DNA from: Penicillus capitatus
Taxonomy: Eukaryota; Plantae; Chlorophyta
Assembly: GCA_965649825.1 (NCBI GenBank)
Contig: OZ287709.1
Span: 186,001 to 250,000, forward strand
Direction of reading: 5' to 3'
DNA length: 64,000 nucleotides
Shown: positions 24,189 to 36,929 of the stretch, one piece after another
Numbering within the stretch: the first letter of the stretch is position 1
How the letters are laid out: each line of letters opens with the position of its first letter
Translations under genes and position numbers: made by a program
The notes under the pieces: model-generated
Told to the model about the DNA's origin: nothing
The model's database searches: none
Seen by the model: the letters and a program-made list of their open reading frames with translations, nothing else

Positions 24189-25115
24189 TCAGTAGTACTC
24201 TTTTTTGGGCATCATGGGCAAAGCCGCAATGGCATGTATCGCGAAGAAAGAAGCGACGACCACACCCACAAACAGCCCACACGTCACATCCCAAATATGA
24301 TGTCTGTTATCTATAATGCGCGAGATACCCACAACATAGGCAAACCCCAATTGGATCACCACGAGGTAAAGGATTGTACCATGTGTAAACTCATGCAGAA
24401 AACGTTCACTCCATGTTTTGCGTATGTGACAGGAAGGGGCGGCATAATCATGCGAGACCCTTCGAAAATAAACCAACCAGAGAAGATAGATGGAAGAATA
24501 GACGGCTGAGAGAGCAGCAGATGAAGCATGTCCAGAGAAGAACGATCGTAAACCATCTTCCGTTTCCCCTGTACAATGACCGCTGTCGTTCACTCGACAA
24601 CGGTCTGCAAAATCCGGCCGCGGCTCTGCCACGGCAATGGCAGAGATCTGTTGAGTAAAGATATGTACAGCGAAGGCGCAGAACCAGTTCAGCACGAAAT
24701 AGACAATGACATACACGGCTTCCGTGATATTCCGATGGTGTGTCTTGAAGATCGAGAGCTCTCCGATGAGGAGTGTGGTCAGGAAGAGCAGGAAGGGGAC
24801 AATGACGGCGGCCACTGCAGGAATGGTGCCAGATTTCTTCGGCCGGGCGTAGTCTGGATTGTCAAGGACATCTGCGACATCTACGTCCAGTTCCGGTTCG
24901 ACATCAAAAGACCAGAGAACTAAGCCCAGTGCCACGCAGGGAAAGAGTGTGTAAAACAGTGTGCCGTAGTGCTGCTGTTTCACTATGAAACCCCAATCAA
25001 CGTCACGCATGTTCCAATCAATGCGCCGTCCGTTGGTCAAACCCTCAAAGGAGTCTTCCTGTGACCTCATCTTGTGCCGACTGCTCGTCGTATGCGACGT
25101 AGACACCAGCGCCAT
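24189..25115 (-). CDS. PAP2/lipid phosphate phosphatase-family membrane protein, intronless
   Basis: AVAEPRPDFADRC (C1), SFFSGHAS (C2), SRIIDNRHHIWDV (C3) and multiple TM segments. Start may be 25115, 25178 or a downstream Met. Confidence 0.85.
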   Translation of the reverse strand: MALVSTSHTTSSRHKMRSQEDSFEGLTNGRRIDWNMRDVDWGFIVKQQHYGTLFYTLFPCVALGLVLWSFDVEPELDVDVADVLDNPDYARPKKSGTIPAVAAVIVPFLLFLTTLLIGELSIFKTHHRNITEAVYVIVYFVLNWFCAFAVHIFTQQISAIAVAEPRPDFADRCRVNDSGHCTGETEDGLRSFFSGHASSAALSAVYSSIYLLWLVYFRRVSHDYAAPSCHIRKTWSERFLHEFTHGTILYLVVIQLGFAYVVGISRIIDNRHHIWDVTCGLFVGVVVASFFAIHAIAALPMMPKKEYY

Positions 25116-25650
25116 AAGACGTTTGCAAACAGTAAATGACTGGATGTTGATGCGTCTCTGCGGTTTTCCGCCGAACACAAGCTCGACTGTCGACTCTTGT
25201 GTCTTCTCGCTTTCTTAGCGGCCACGAGGCGCGTCCTGGTGTCTGCGCTTTAAGTATGCGAATTTCTGGAGCTACCTGTGCACGACAGAGTATCTTCAAG
25301 TGTGATGGAATGATATCCTGTGCCACGTGTGCTCTTTTGGCGGTGGTAGTGCTCGTGGAGGGCAGCGGCCTCGAAGGGCGTTCTCTTGCGTCCTATCCAA
25401 GTCATGCTGAAAAGGAAGGTCGCGTCCATTTGGACGAGAGATTTCCCTCTGCTGTTCATATCGGCACGTCAGCAGTCGCTTCATTGTGACAGCGCATGCG
25501 CACTGCGGATGGTCTGAACTTCATTCTTCTGTTCCCTTATAAACTCGCGATTTGCTAATACGCGTCGATAACGCAAAAGCTTATTCGTTTCTGGACGAGT
25601 TAAGAAAAACCGTTTGAGAAAACCTTCTGTATATTGCGACAGAGACAAAA

Positions 25651-26319
25651 ATGGCCAGACGTTCGCCTTTTGTCCATTCTATGTGTTTCGCAGCTTTGCT
25701 TTGTTTATTGGCGGCGTTTGCTACGACGGCCAATGCTCAACAAAGTCAGTGCGTTCTGCTCTGCTCGAGGCTGAAATTCAATGGCGTTGTGATGATGTGC
25801 TCAGGCCGCGACGCATCGGTGACCGAGACGGAGGACGGCGTTGAGGCGACAGCCAGCGCCACTGGAACAACAAACGCCACGGTCGGGTCGAGTGTCTCTA
25901 TCGGAGAAGACGGCGTCACCGCCACCGCTCGGGCCGAAAATGAAGAGGGCGAAAGTGCAGCCCACCTCACCACCATTGCCCCTACTGAACAGCTTCTCGC
26001 TGTCCTGTAGCCAAAGCATCGCTACCGGCTCCGGGCGAAGACGATGAAGACACAGAGGAGGAAACAGAATCCGATGACGAGACAGGTCTGTCCGGCATTT
26101 TTGATAGGACCCCACAGGAGGCCTTGTCTGTTCGGTAGATGCCGAAGATATGGAGGATGAGAATGAGGAGCCAGAACCGGAGGACGATGGTATGTCATCG
26201 TGTGTGAGTGTGTGCGAGTGTTTTGTTGTTTATTAGGTGTGGGATCTGTGTCATCATCGAGGCTCATGTTGATGACGAGTGCTGGTGCCACGGCTCTGCT
26301 GTTAGCCACTTTTGCATAA
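25651..26319 (+). CDS. Small secreted, highly acidic, putatively GPI-anchored surface protein, 5 exons
   Basis: Signal peptide ...MCFAALLCLLAAFATTANA; phase-1 introns 25745-25804, 25955-26010, 26086-26138, 26190-26236; Thr/Ala-rich then D/E-rich body; C-terminus DGVGSVSSSRLMLMTSAGATALLLATFA*. Confidence 0.7.
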
Positions 26320-27000
26320 AATCATACGCAATGCGTACTGTCTATGGCGCATTCATATGTCTATTTCATTAACCCGTTCGTGAATATGAAAGCTCTTGGC
26401 AAGAGTTAGATTCTGTTGCCTGTTGTGAGTGAACAGCTACTGGGGCATGTGAAAGCTCGAGTCAAATTCTATGTTCAAAAAGTCGACAGCAGTCGATCCG
26501 CGTCGAACTCCCAAACAGACCTTTGATCCGACAACTCGCCGTTACACGCCCACGACACGCTTTGGGGCAAAGAACAGGCAATAAGACGGCTTCGTGAAGA
26601 GCGTCATCGCACGACAAGCCTGGAAGAAAGCCGTTCGAAAGAGAAAGGCGATTCGTGTGAAGACAACAAAGAGTGTGTCCATGGCTGATGTGACTGACAC
26701 ACGAAGAGAGAAAAAGATTCAGCAACGGCGATGCCGTCACGTCAGACAACGACACCACGCTTTTTCTTTTTCGGATGTCGAAAAAAACGCGTCGTATGCG
26801 AAACGGCGTCACCCTTCAGGACAGGCGTCTTACGCGTAGAAAGTGTGCAGCGACGTCGATTCTCTTTGATACCTTAAACGACGACGATCCGTTTACACTA
26901 AGAATTCGTCGAACGCCGCCAGAGAGGCCGAAAACGTTTTCGAGTCTCTGTCATGTATTCGGGATAGGCGTGTGGACTGCGGTCAGGACGCAATGGGCGA

Positions 27001-28399
27001 TCAGCGGTTTTCGACGACGAACGGACGTATGTCACCTTTATAGATGGCGCCGAGGCCATTCCGGACGCTTGGATAGGCGAGGCAAACACCAAGCTCTTTT
27101 ATCTTGTCATTCCGCACGCGCTTGCTCTCCACTCTCTCCATTGCGGGCGGTCGCTTTACCGCTTTGCGGCTTCTGTTTCGTATTGGGAGGAGATACGTCG
27201 ATCTGTCCACCATCGCGTTAGATCCTCCTCCTAGCAACTCTCGGCAGACAGAGAACGCCTCACTACGCGGCATAGGATCGTCGTCGACGACATTGTAGAT
27301 CTCGCCAGGCGACGGATTCTCCATAGAACCGTGCAACACCTGCCGAGAGGCATCGGTATGATGCATCCCTCCAGGAGATAGCGAAGGTACCTGACACACA
27401 TCGTAGACATGGCAGCGACTCACGAATGGTTTTGCAGGACCCCTCGCAGCATCGGCCGATCCAACACGATCCAAAAGACTCCTTCCCGGACCGTAGATTC
27501 CTGCAAACCACTCGTCGAGGTGGGCGCATGGTAGATAGACTCACCGCCGAGTCTGAAGGTATGCACCGGCAGGCTGTGGACTGAGAACAGTGACATCCAT
27601 TCTTCCTCGGCACGGCGTCTCGATGCGCCGGCCGTGGAGGTGGTCTTCGTCTCAGAGCTATCAGCAAAGCCACACCTCAGTCGTGCGAACAGTGTGTGAC
27701 AATTTGGCTTAGAGGGGCTACCTCTCGTCCACCCAGTCTCCTTCCCAATCTCCGTAGACAGCTGCGAAGGCGGGACACTGTCAGTGGTCGTGATCGATAG
27801 AGAAAGGCAGACCGACAAGTCGAACTTATGTTCCCGATCCAGACAGCTCGCGGCATCAAGTGAGCAATATCCTCGCCCAAACAATCCAAGACCTGCACAG
27901 GCGAGATCGTTAAGGGACACGCGTGACAGCAAGGGCAAAAAGAGGACGACCCGATCGGCTGTTTCCTTTATCCGACGCGGCGGAATGGTATTAAGCACGT
28001 AGGGGGAGTCCTTCAATGCTTCCAAAATCGCGTGACTGCCATACATCGAGCATAACTGGATGCCACCACATTGCAGAATATCTCGCACTCGACCATTCTT
28101 CCGTTGAAAACGTGAACAGGTATATCGAAACGCTTTAGCCATTGGGCTTGCTTCTTTTTCATACAGGTTCCTTGCACGACCCTGCCCAAGGCCTCAAGGT
28201 CGTGGTGTTGTTTAGGGAATGGCTACCATCCACGGGATCGTAGGTAATGCACCAAACCCAGACCGACGTATCCGATGCCGAAACAGAACAGACGACGTGG
28301 GGTTGTGTCTTGTGCAGCAGCTCGGAGGGGACGGATCGCATTCGAGTGTCGTCGACTGTTGAAAGGTCTGTCGATCGTCCGCGATGCGATCGACGACAT
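27001..28399 (-). CDS. NAD(P)-dependent epimerase/dehydratase-like (YeeZ-like SDR), multi-exon, probable transit peptide
   Basis: LFCFGIGYVG Rossmann start, HTFRLGG, SRCHVYDVCQVL, PGEIYNVVDDDPMPR, ESKRVRNDKIKELGVCLAYPS. Confidence 0.85.
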
Positions 28400-28407
28400 T
28401 ACGACGA

Positions 28408-29395
28408 ATGGGCCAAGTCTGTCGCGTCCACGACGCCGCACTGCGCCAGACAGGTCTCCCAAAACCGAACCCCCGAGCGTTCGACACTGAGAGAGCAATG
28501 CATAGGACGCTTGGCGCGACCCTTCGGCCGATGGCGTCTCGCTGGCGGCGCAGAAAAACGCGCCGGCAAGAAATCAGCCTCGTGGCCACGATATGCACTC
28601 CCTGAGAATGCGCGGTCGATCCCCGCATCATCGGCCATCTTCATCGGTATTGACCCAGACGTCGCGGGAGCCTTAGGCGTGCTAAGGGTGGCGAGAAACC
28701 CGCATGGCATTGTACTTGGCGATATCAAGGTCGTCGATATGCCATCCGAGATCCAGATCATCAACCGAAAGAAAAGAAGGTATGTCGATGGCTGAGATGA
28801 CGGTGGACGTGATTGGTGCTTGGGTCGTGGAAGGAGGCTGCATGTGGATTCCGTGATACACATTGTCCAGGATGTCGTTCGTACGGCTCGCGAGTGTCCT
28901 ATGTTTGCTTGTCTGGAGACGCCTGGGTGTATTCCAGCGAACGGTGCCAACAGCAACCGACTGACAGGCATTTGGCATGATCACGTGTGATGTGACCTCT
29001 GTGATCCGTCTCAGGATATGTGTATGGAGTGTGGCATGGCGTCTTGCTGGCATGCGGTATTCCGGTAGAAGTTGTGCATGCGACCAGTTGGAAACGGCAG
29101 CTGAATTTGTGCGGCGCTGGAAAAGAAGGGAGTCTGAAATTGGCCAGAGATCTGTTTCCTTCCGCCGAGAAGCTCTTACAGTGCACTTGGTCTTCCTCGT
29201 CTGCCATGTCGCTCAGTCTGGCAATGTTCCAGGCGGAAGAAAGACCACGGCAGGGCCGAAGCTTTGCTGCTGGCGGCGTGGAAATCTGGATTGCGCGTCG
29301 TCGCAGAGGACCCCTGTCCGACGACTTACGAGGAGGCTATGACGCAACAAATAGTGCAAGACGAAGACGAAGTGGAAAATGCGCCTGTCGGATAA
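28408..29395 (+). CDS. MOC1: Holliday junction resolvase MOC1 (RuvC fold), multi-exon, start codon tentative
   Basis: FIGIDPDVAGAL, YGVWHGVL, SWKRQL, LFPS..LLQ|RKKDHGRAEALLLAAW. Includes GC-AG intron 28968-29014. Confidence 0.88.
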
Positions 29396-29537
29396 CAGTG
29401 GCCCTTTCGACGGGCTTTTCGAGGCCCGTCTGCGAAACCTGTGTAAAAGGAGAAACGTTCGCTCCTTCGAGCGTTTGACAACAGTCGCTTGTTGTTGAGA
29501 GGCGGAACGCTTTCTCGATAGCGTCGTGACGTAAACT

Positions 29538-30503
29538 ATGGATGTCGTTTATTTCAAGCCTCCAGCGCGTTTGAGTTCGCTCGCACGCAAAGGCGAGTTT
29601 TTGGCTTCGCTGGAGCGACAGGAAGATACGCAGCCGGCGGCTCGAGAGAGTCGTCGAGGGATCAAGCGATCGCCCGTCGGAGAGCGACGGCAGCCCAAAG
29701 TTGCTGCAGATGCCATACGAGAGTCGATAGCGGTGGGTTCGATGCCTCGCTCAGCTAGCCGAGTTACCGACGGTGTACGTGTCTATCTAGACACCGAGCG
29801 CGTCGAGCGCAACCGATACTCTGACGGCTACATCGAGCGCCGGGTTAGAGTTTTCGTTTGAGATAAAATGTGGCTCGACGGCGCGGCTGCTCTAGAGATG
29901 TTTGCGTTGCCGATGCTGTCAGCCCGATGTATTTGTGTGCCGTTCCACGCGAGTTTTGGAATCCGCATTCTCGCGTCGGTCGGGCTTTCCTTGAGTTCGC
30001 ATACGATGACGACCATGCGCTGTCGGAGGCCTTGCTAAAAAACTTCGTTGCCGCTGCGATTCAGGCAAACGTCCCATCACCGTTGCGTCGCTTGGCGACA
30101 TGTGTGTGCATTTTTCAAGGCTGTATGGCGCGGCCACATTCTGCGCAAGAAGTTTCGGGATGTCATCATCCGAGCGCGAATCGAGGCAAGGGACAAGCTT
30201 CCCGGGGCGATGGCTCCTACCCAAGAAGAAACGCCGAAGAAGGAGCGCATTCAGCGACAATATTCTGTCGAAGCACAGATGGAGCAGCAGACAGCTATGA
30301 CGCGACCTGTCGCTATCCCTGCAGTAAATCACCCCTCAGGCGAATTGCCGGCATCTCAAACTCGCTTCTCGTTTGGCTTCACACCTATGGCGGCGGATTC
30401 GGATTCGGACTGGAGCGACCTCGACATCGAGGAGTTGGAAGTAAGACGCCGCCGTCATCGCGCGTGCATCGCGTTCCGTGATCTTTCTGATGCCGAACGT
30501 TGA
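29538..30503 (+). CDS. Uncharacterised IQ-motif (calmodulin-binding) protein, exon structure partly unresolved, may extend to ~30880
   Basis: Splicing 30065-30119 gives AAAIQ|AVWRGHILRK, matching IQxxxRGxxxR. Flanking ORFs 29538-29861 and 30048-30503. Confidence 0.5.
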
Positions 30504-32128
30504 TCGCGTGTCAACTTGTGTCGCGTTAGGGCCTAAAGTATCGATGCAGGACACCTCCATGGCAGCGACAGGAGGATGCTCGATGGGCAGGAGTGCAGGC
30601 AAAGATTAACTATCAGGTCGGGCGTCGCGGCCTCGAAGCCCTATGGGATCCGACAGACTGTCAGACCAGAATTCACAGCGTCAGCACGATCTCTACCGCG
30701 GCAATAAAGGCAGCCGTGTGCGAATGCAGGTTATGGCCCGTCGTTCTGTACCGAATACACGACGAGGAATCGACCATGGCAACGAAACGAGTCTGCCGGT
30801 TCATCTCATTCGCACTTTACTCCTCGAGCGTTACGCCAGAAAACAGAGGCAGTGGTACAGGAATGACAGGTAAGTCGAGCGTACCCCCGACCAATTTCTT
30901 CGCATCGCATATGGTGACCGACAGACGCCTTAGGAATGATGGGCGAGAGGACAGCTAGATAGACGGTTGTCTAAAAAAACCGTGGCTGCGATCACTGAGT
31001 CTATAGGTGTTGATGCATAAGGATTCATGATCCATGATCGTTTTAAATACCGTGTGTTTGTTCATCACGATCGACAAAACGCAAGGTGGTGTGATTTTGA
31101 GTGTTGTTATACAATGGCATGCATCTTCTGTAACGATCATGCACGCGGCTGCTTCAACTGGCCCCTCTTGGCAACGACATTCCAGTAGCAATCCATATGG
31201 CATGGGAAAAATCATAGGAGCCGCCTATCTGAGTAAGATGAAACGGTCAGCTAAAGGTGAGACAGTCTTCACGTGTCAAGACCGCAGATGGCAGCGAGGC
31301 GATCAACGTCGACACGCGCAGTATACGTGATACCATAAGCGACGACAGGCACACTTTCTAGCGTTGCACCATGTCTGAACCACATTGGGTCCTGAAGAGT
31401 GTCGGTTTCCGTGATACTGTCTGGAGAGGAGTCCGTTCTGTGCGTATTGCTGTCAGATGTAGTCGGAATCGATCCAGCAGCGACTTGTTCGCCTTGACTG
31501 CTGGCTTTCGCATTTGAGATGTGGTGGACACGTCACATCCGGACAAAGCAAAAGTGATGTGACAGACGACAACGGAACCCCCAACTGGTGTCAAATCTGT
31601 CCGAGGATGTTACTGAATATCCATCCTCGACAGCTCATTGCAAAAACGCCGTTCGATCAGCAACCGTAACATAGTACCTTCGCACAAGAGCAAACCGCCA
31701 TCGATTTCTGCGTCGCCTCGCAGCTCGACTGGACAACAAGGAATATCCCCTCGGTTCAGAACACGCATGTATGCGATGCCGCCCTCGTCCAAGGGTCCAG
31801 CACAAAGAGGCCTTTCAAATGAAGGTCGAGAGACAACGACAGATAAGACCGAGTCTCCGAACTCAGCAGAGATGGCCTGCTTTCTACGAAGACCCATACG
31901 GCTGCATTCCTGCAGCCTTCTGCCAGCGCACACCATCGGATTACCAAAGATTTGACGCAGTTCAGGAGAATGCGTGTAACTGGTTGCCGTATGGGTTGGC
32001 TGGCACTGCGTTTCGAGAGGCTTCCCTGATGGTGCGATCATAATCATAAGAGCGTCCATCATGATCGTTGGTGTCGAGTTTAACGTTCAAAATTGAAGAT
32101 CGTCAATTCCTGCCTAGTGGAGTTGGGG

Positions 32129-34073
32129 ATGTCATTTTCCGAAGCCGTCAAGCAATCCACCGAACACGCGACTCGACAACAGCCAATTGAAGTCCAGCAG
32201 ACGGCCAAGTCACTCAACGTGGTGCGTTTTATCGACGGATGCGGCAAGATTGTCGTTGGCGCAATTTAGGCCGTCATAGGATCCGGTCTTTCCGGACTGG
32301 TCTGCGCACGCGAATGCCTCCGCCAACATCACCGCGTCGCCATCTTCGAGAAGAAGAAAGATTTCGGCGGAACGTGGAGTTTCGAAGCGGTGCCGCCGGA
32401 ATTGCAGACGAAGAGCGGTCCGTTCGCCGCCACTCTTAAGCACTCAGCGTAACGACTTTGTTACAGTGTTCGACGTCGACTGGCCGAGTCTCACACGCTC
32501 CGTACAGAGCAGTCTTTACGATGAGCTGCGTGTGAATCTGCCTCGTGAAATCATGGGTTTCACCGACTTCCCTTTCGATGCGTTCGAAGGATCCCTCGAC
32601 AAGCGACGGTACTGTCATCACGAAGAGGTAATACTTCGTCCGGGTCGCAGGACGCTATCCATTGCCGATTCGCGGCCACAAGGTGAACCGATACATCAAG
32701 GCCTTCGTTCGTCACTTCGAGCTCGAGCCATACATTCATCTCGAGTCCGAGGTGGTCAACGTCGACGTTTGCGAGAATAGCCACGTGAAGTGGAACGTCG
32801 AGGTGAAGTCTGGTGAAAAAACAAAGGTAGGGATAGGGAGAGGGTAAGGTCACTGTCGTGATGGATGGAGGATGTTTTGAGGTACATGAATTTGACGCAG
32901 TCGTGGTGTCAAACGGACAGTACACCGTTCCAAACATTCCAGATATCAAAAACATCGATCGATTCGGCCGTCCATGTTTGCACAGTCACCTCTATCGCAA
33001 TGCAGATCCCTTTCGAGGAAAGACCGTCGTCGTCCACGGTCAGCCATCGTCGATGATGATGATGACCCATGGGTCAGTGAGGGCGTACCCTGCAGGAGGC
33101 TCCTTTTCGGGAAAAGATATTGCGTTGCAAGTTGGATCCGTTGCCCATAGTGTCTACATCTGTTCCAGAACTTATTTGAAAGGACTGGATGTTTCGCAGG
33201 CCCTAGGACAACAGAAGAACATCCATCTCCTTACAGACATTGCTGAATGCACTGGAGAGGGCGAACTCAAACTGAAGGTGTGTCTGTCTCTTCAGACTCG
33301 GATTCGGATGAGGTTTCTGTGCGGATGATATTTCTGCACCCCACGTGTCACTGACAGTAACAAGTGTCACCTCACTGATGTACGGGTTCCTGCAGGAAGG
33401 ACGTGTCTTGAAGAACATCGACGTGTTGATCTTCTGCACGGGCTACCGTTTCGAATTTCCATTCTTGGAGAAGTCTGGTTTCCTACAACTGAAACAAGAC
33501 TGTGTCTATCCAGTCTATCGCCAGATATTCCACCCCCGTTACCCAACACTTGCTTTCACGAGTCACCCTTTCGACATCTCGATCGAGATGTGTGACGGAC
33601 ATCTGTGTTGTGTGTAGCCCTGCCGCGTCGCCGTATCTCAGCAATGCTTGCCGAATACCAGTCCAAGTACATTGCACGTGTGTTTGCCGGTAAATGCACG
33701 CTCCCAGATACCCAAACGATGCTAGATGCGATTAACCGTTCCATCGAGCAACACAAGAGAGAACACGGATCCCTCAAGTATGCCCTTCCTCTCTACCGTC
33801 CCCTCTGCATCGCATCTGCGCAGAACATTCCATTACTTGAGAATGGAGCAGTATAATCATATGAACGCCTTAGCCGCGGACTGTGGTGACGTGGCACCTT
33901 TGCCAGAATGGAGGGAGGAGATGCATCGCCTCATATTGGACCTCATGACTAAGTTTCCAGATACCTACAAAGACATAGAGATGCATCATATCTGTTTTCA
34001 TCAAGCTAAACAAGAATTCGATGCCATACGTGCGAACATGAAGTCTGCTGATCCCCAGAGATACCCAAAGTAG
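32129..34073 (+). CDS. Flavin-containing monooxygenase (class B, FMO GS-OX-like), multi-exon
   Basis: KSLNV|AVIGSGLSGL (FAD site), SSLYDELRVNLPREIMGFTDFPF, VVSNGQY, FGRPCLHSHLYR (FMO motif), VVVHG|GSFSGKDIA (NADPH site), FCTGYRFEFPFL. Confidence 0.92.
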
Positions 34074-35260
34074 AGCGCAAATGTGTTTGTTTGTTCGGTC
34101 ATTTCGCTGTTTCGCTTTTTTCCTGTCTCAAGTATCCCACATAATTTCTTAGCGAAAAAATTTCACTCTGTGCACGTGACGATGCACCAGAGCGATGCTT
34201 GTGCATTTTCTCGCTGATCACACCCTCACTTAGAACACCTTTGAGCGTCAGCATTTCTGGATGCAGCTGTCTGCACTTGATGGATTCTGTTCAGATGAAA
34301 CGTGGCGCCCTGCGTGTTCAGAAGTTTTTTGCATTTGCCGACCGAGACGATGAAGATCGTTCGAAGTATTCAACAACGCTGGCACAGCAGAAAGAACGGT
34401 GACTGAAGAGGATCGTAGCGCGAATAGTGTTTTTGTGTATCCCCTGTTGCCGTCTCTTGGACGATGCATGCTGTGGGCACTATCAATGTTACGTGATGCG
34501 TCCGACTTCACGACGACGCCATTTTCACCAAAGTGTTGCTGTCGGATGAACGCGCTCGCGCACTCTCGTGGCCGTTTGTCGGCGAGGTCGGCAGTCAAAC
34601 GTCGTGCTCTTCTCACAGAAGCGTCCTTCTCGCACAACGGACATCTACAGACGCTGGTATTGCCTCCGCCGCCGCGTCGTTATGTGCATTGGCTTTGACG
34701 CTTTCCGCCGCATTCCGAATTTTCTTGACGGCGCCGGGCATTGTTTGGAGGCATTTGTCGACGGAGATCCGTCCTCGTAGAGCATCCATCCACAGCACTG
34801 TCGTGCAACCGGCTGACAGTTCCGCGACAGAAGCTGAGCAATTCGCGCCACATTCCTCAACTTCGCCGACCTGGTCAGGCTGCCGCTCAGAAAAGAAGTG
34901 GGCGATTGAGAATAGCAGTCATCTTTATGAGAACGGGCCCGTCGGTCGCTATCCCCATCCTCAAACCATCATCTTCCCGTTTACTGGCCCTCTACTTCCA
35001 TACCATACAACGATACCCGTCTTGCCACCCCATGGCATCTTTCTGGCCTTCTCTTTGCCGTCGTTTGCAATGCACTTTCTGACTTGACAGCTTCGCAGTT
35101 TTCAAATTCGATGCCTGGCATCGTACCTCACTCGACGCACCGGGATGAGGTTCGGTCGGCGACTTAAGGTCTCATCTGCTGTACGACAGCCATCGCTGTA
35201 CGAGATCCACACCGCATTTCGCATATCCACGACTTTTCTCAATTAAAATCTCCTGCTGTC

Positions 35261-36929
35261 ATGACTGTCGTAAGCTGGAGGCCATCCTATGTCTGGATAC
35301 GCACAACAGCGTGGTGGATTCTTTGGCTCGTCGTCCATTTGGACGCCTACATTCATCGAAAATCACGCGGACGCGGTTGGCGTCTGCACTTGGGCATTGT
35401 CGCCTTCTTAAACACAGCGGTCGACTCAACGATACTTCACGACACAAGACGAGACTTCTTTCGCAGGTCATCTTCCAGACGATTCACCTCTTCGTCGCTC
35501 TGCGGGATGCCAATGACGAGAGCTTCAATCGGGCGGACAGCAACGCATTCAAAGTCGAAATCTTTTTCCGCTGGTTGACGGAGTCGGTATTCCTGGTAAG
35601 ACTCCACAGCATGGGACACTCAGCTGTCACATCATTTCGTACAGTGCTTGATACTGTTGGTCTCTGTCGGCTACTGGTAGGCGCTATCGAAATCTCTATC
35701 TCTGTTCGATACTTGACTGTCGCAGTATTTTGCGAGATCGATTGGGGGAGAGTCTGCGAAAAGTCATCGCCATTCCCATCACCTATGGTGTCACTAGTAT
35801 GGTAAGGTAACCCGATCACCTCACTCTTCTTTGTGATCGGGGTTCTGCTGAATGGATAGATGTTTGATTACATCTTGCTCAGTACCAGCAACGAACAGGT
35901 CGTCACACAGCAGTCCGATGGCGAAGACGCTGAGCTCGATGCGCAAGATTTCAAAGTCCTTGCTCTGGTGACCTGTCTGGTAAGTGCCTCGTCCGTCACA
36001 TCATCTGCCTGGATAAAGGGGAGGCCACATCGGTGTGGCAGTTGGTGAAGGCCATCGTGTTCGTTTGTGCATGGATCTTCGTCTTCGAACATCTCAATGC
36101 CGAAATCCGTCAGCTGCGAGGGGAGAACGATGAGGATGCGGTGACACCGATCCCAGAGATCGAAGAAAACGGAGATTACACGCGTCCCGGTATCGACCTC
36201 GGTCCATCTCCATCCCTACCGTCGTCGACGCATCTGTTTGTTCGGCAGAAATGCAGGACGCGGCGGAACGGAATGACCCGGAGACGGGTTCCAACGAGCC
36301 CAAGACAATGGCCGATGCGATTGGCGATCAAGCAAAGCTCCTGCTGCTCACGCGTTTCAGAACGTTGCTTATCATCTACGTTCTCGCCATCATCTGTTCG
36401 TTCGCCTCCAATCTCGTCAACGAGTGGACATGCGTCCTGCTGTAGTGGTCAATATTCTACCCGTCTACATCAGCAACAGCTCTGTCGAGAAAATCCAGAG
36501 TGTGATCGTTGTCTGCGAGAATGTGCTGCTCATTGGCTTCGTCGCTTCCCTCGCCGTCATCTTCAGGTCACATCCACCCCGTCTCACACGCATACATATC
36601 ACCCACCATATGCCTATCGATTCAGGCCTGTGGGAGACAATCCATATTTGCTCTTGATGGATGATTTTGATGAGGGCGATGAGAGGAAGGAGGTGACGAC
36701 GGAGCTGGGAATGATCTCCTTTGAACCGCCCACTCCGCAGCAAGCGACAACGCTGCCAGATGCAAGGAGTGCTCAGGAACAGCCGACATTTGCCCTGGCA
36801 GATGACGAGGATATGGCTCTCGTCAGTCCTGTAGGACATGCATCTGCCCAACCGTCAACGGACGCACCATTCACGCCTAAGCTGGAGCCAACGCGGCCAG
36901 ACAACCCCTCTGAACAGCAGGAGCACTGA
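35261..36929 (+). CDS. GPR107/GPR108/TMEM87-like seven-TM (Lung_7-TM_R) protein, multi-exon, 5' end unresolved
   Basis: Spliced TM series AWWILWLVVH..., LILLVSVGYCILRDRL, KLLLLTRFRTLLIIY, IFR|PVGDNPYLLL (GPR107 has FRP..NPYLQL). TGTAA near 36959. Confidence 0.65.

Noticed and set aside
29690-29760. GGTTCGA T-loop-like motif suggesting a tRNA
   Set aside because: No cloverleaf stems, no D-arm and no acceptor pairing; it lies inside an ORF.
31000-32100. Overlapping ORFs on both strands (31610-32062 minus, 31638-31955 plus)
   Set aside because: No recognisable motif or self-consistent splice model could be built. A gene may exist but is unsupported here.
3890-34073. Biosynthetic gene cluster (BIO3-BIO1, epimerase, FMO, PAP2, transporters)
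   Set aside because: Enzymes are interspersed with unrelated housekeeping genes (VPS51, NUDC, MOC1, RPL33) and share no pathway logic or backbone synthase.
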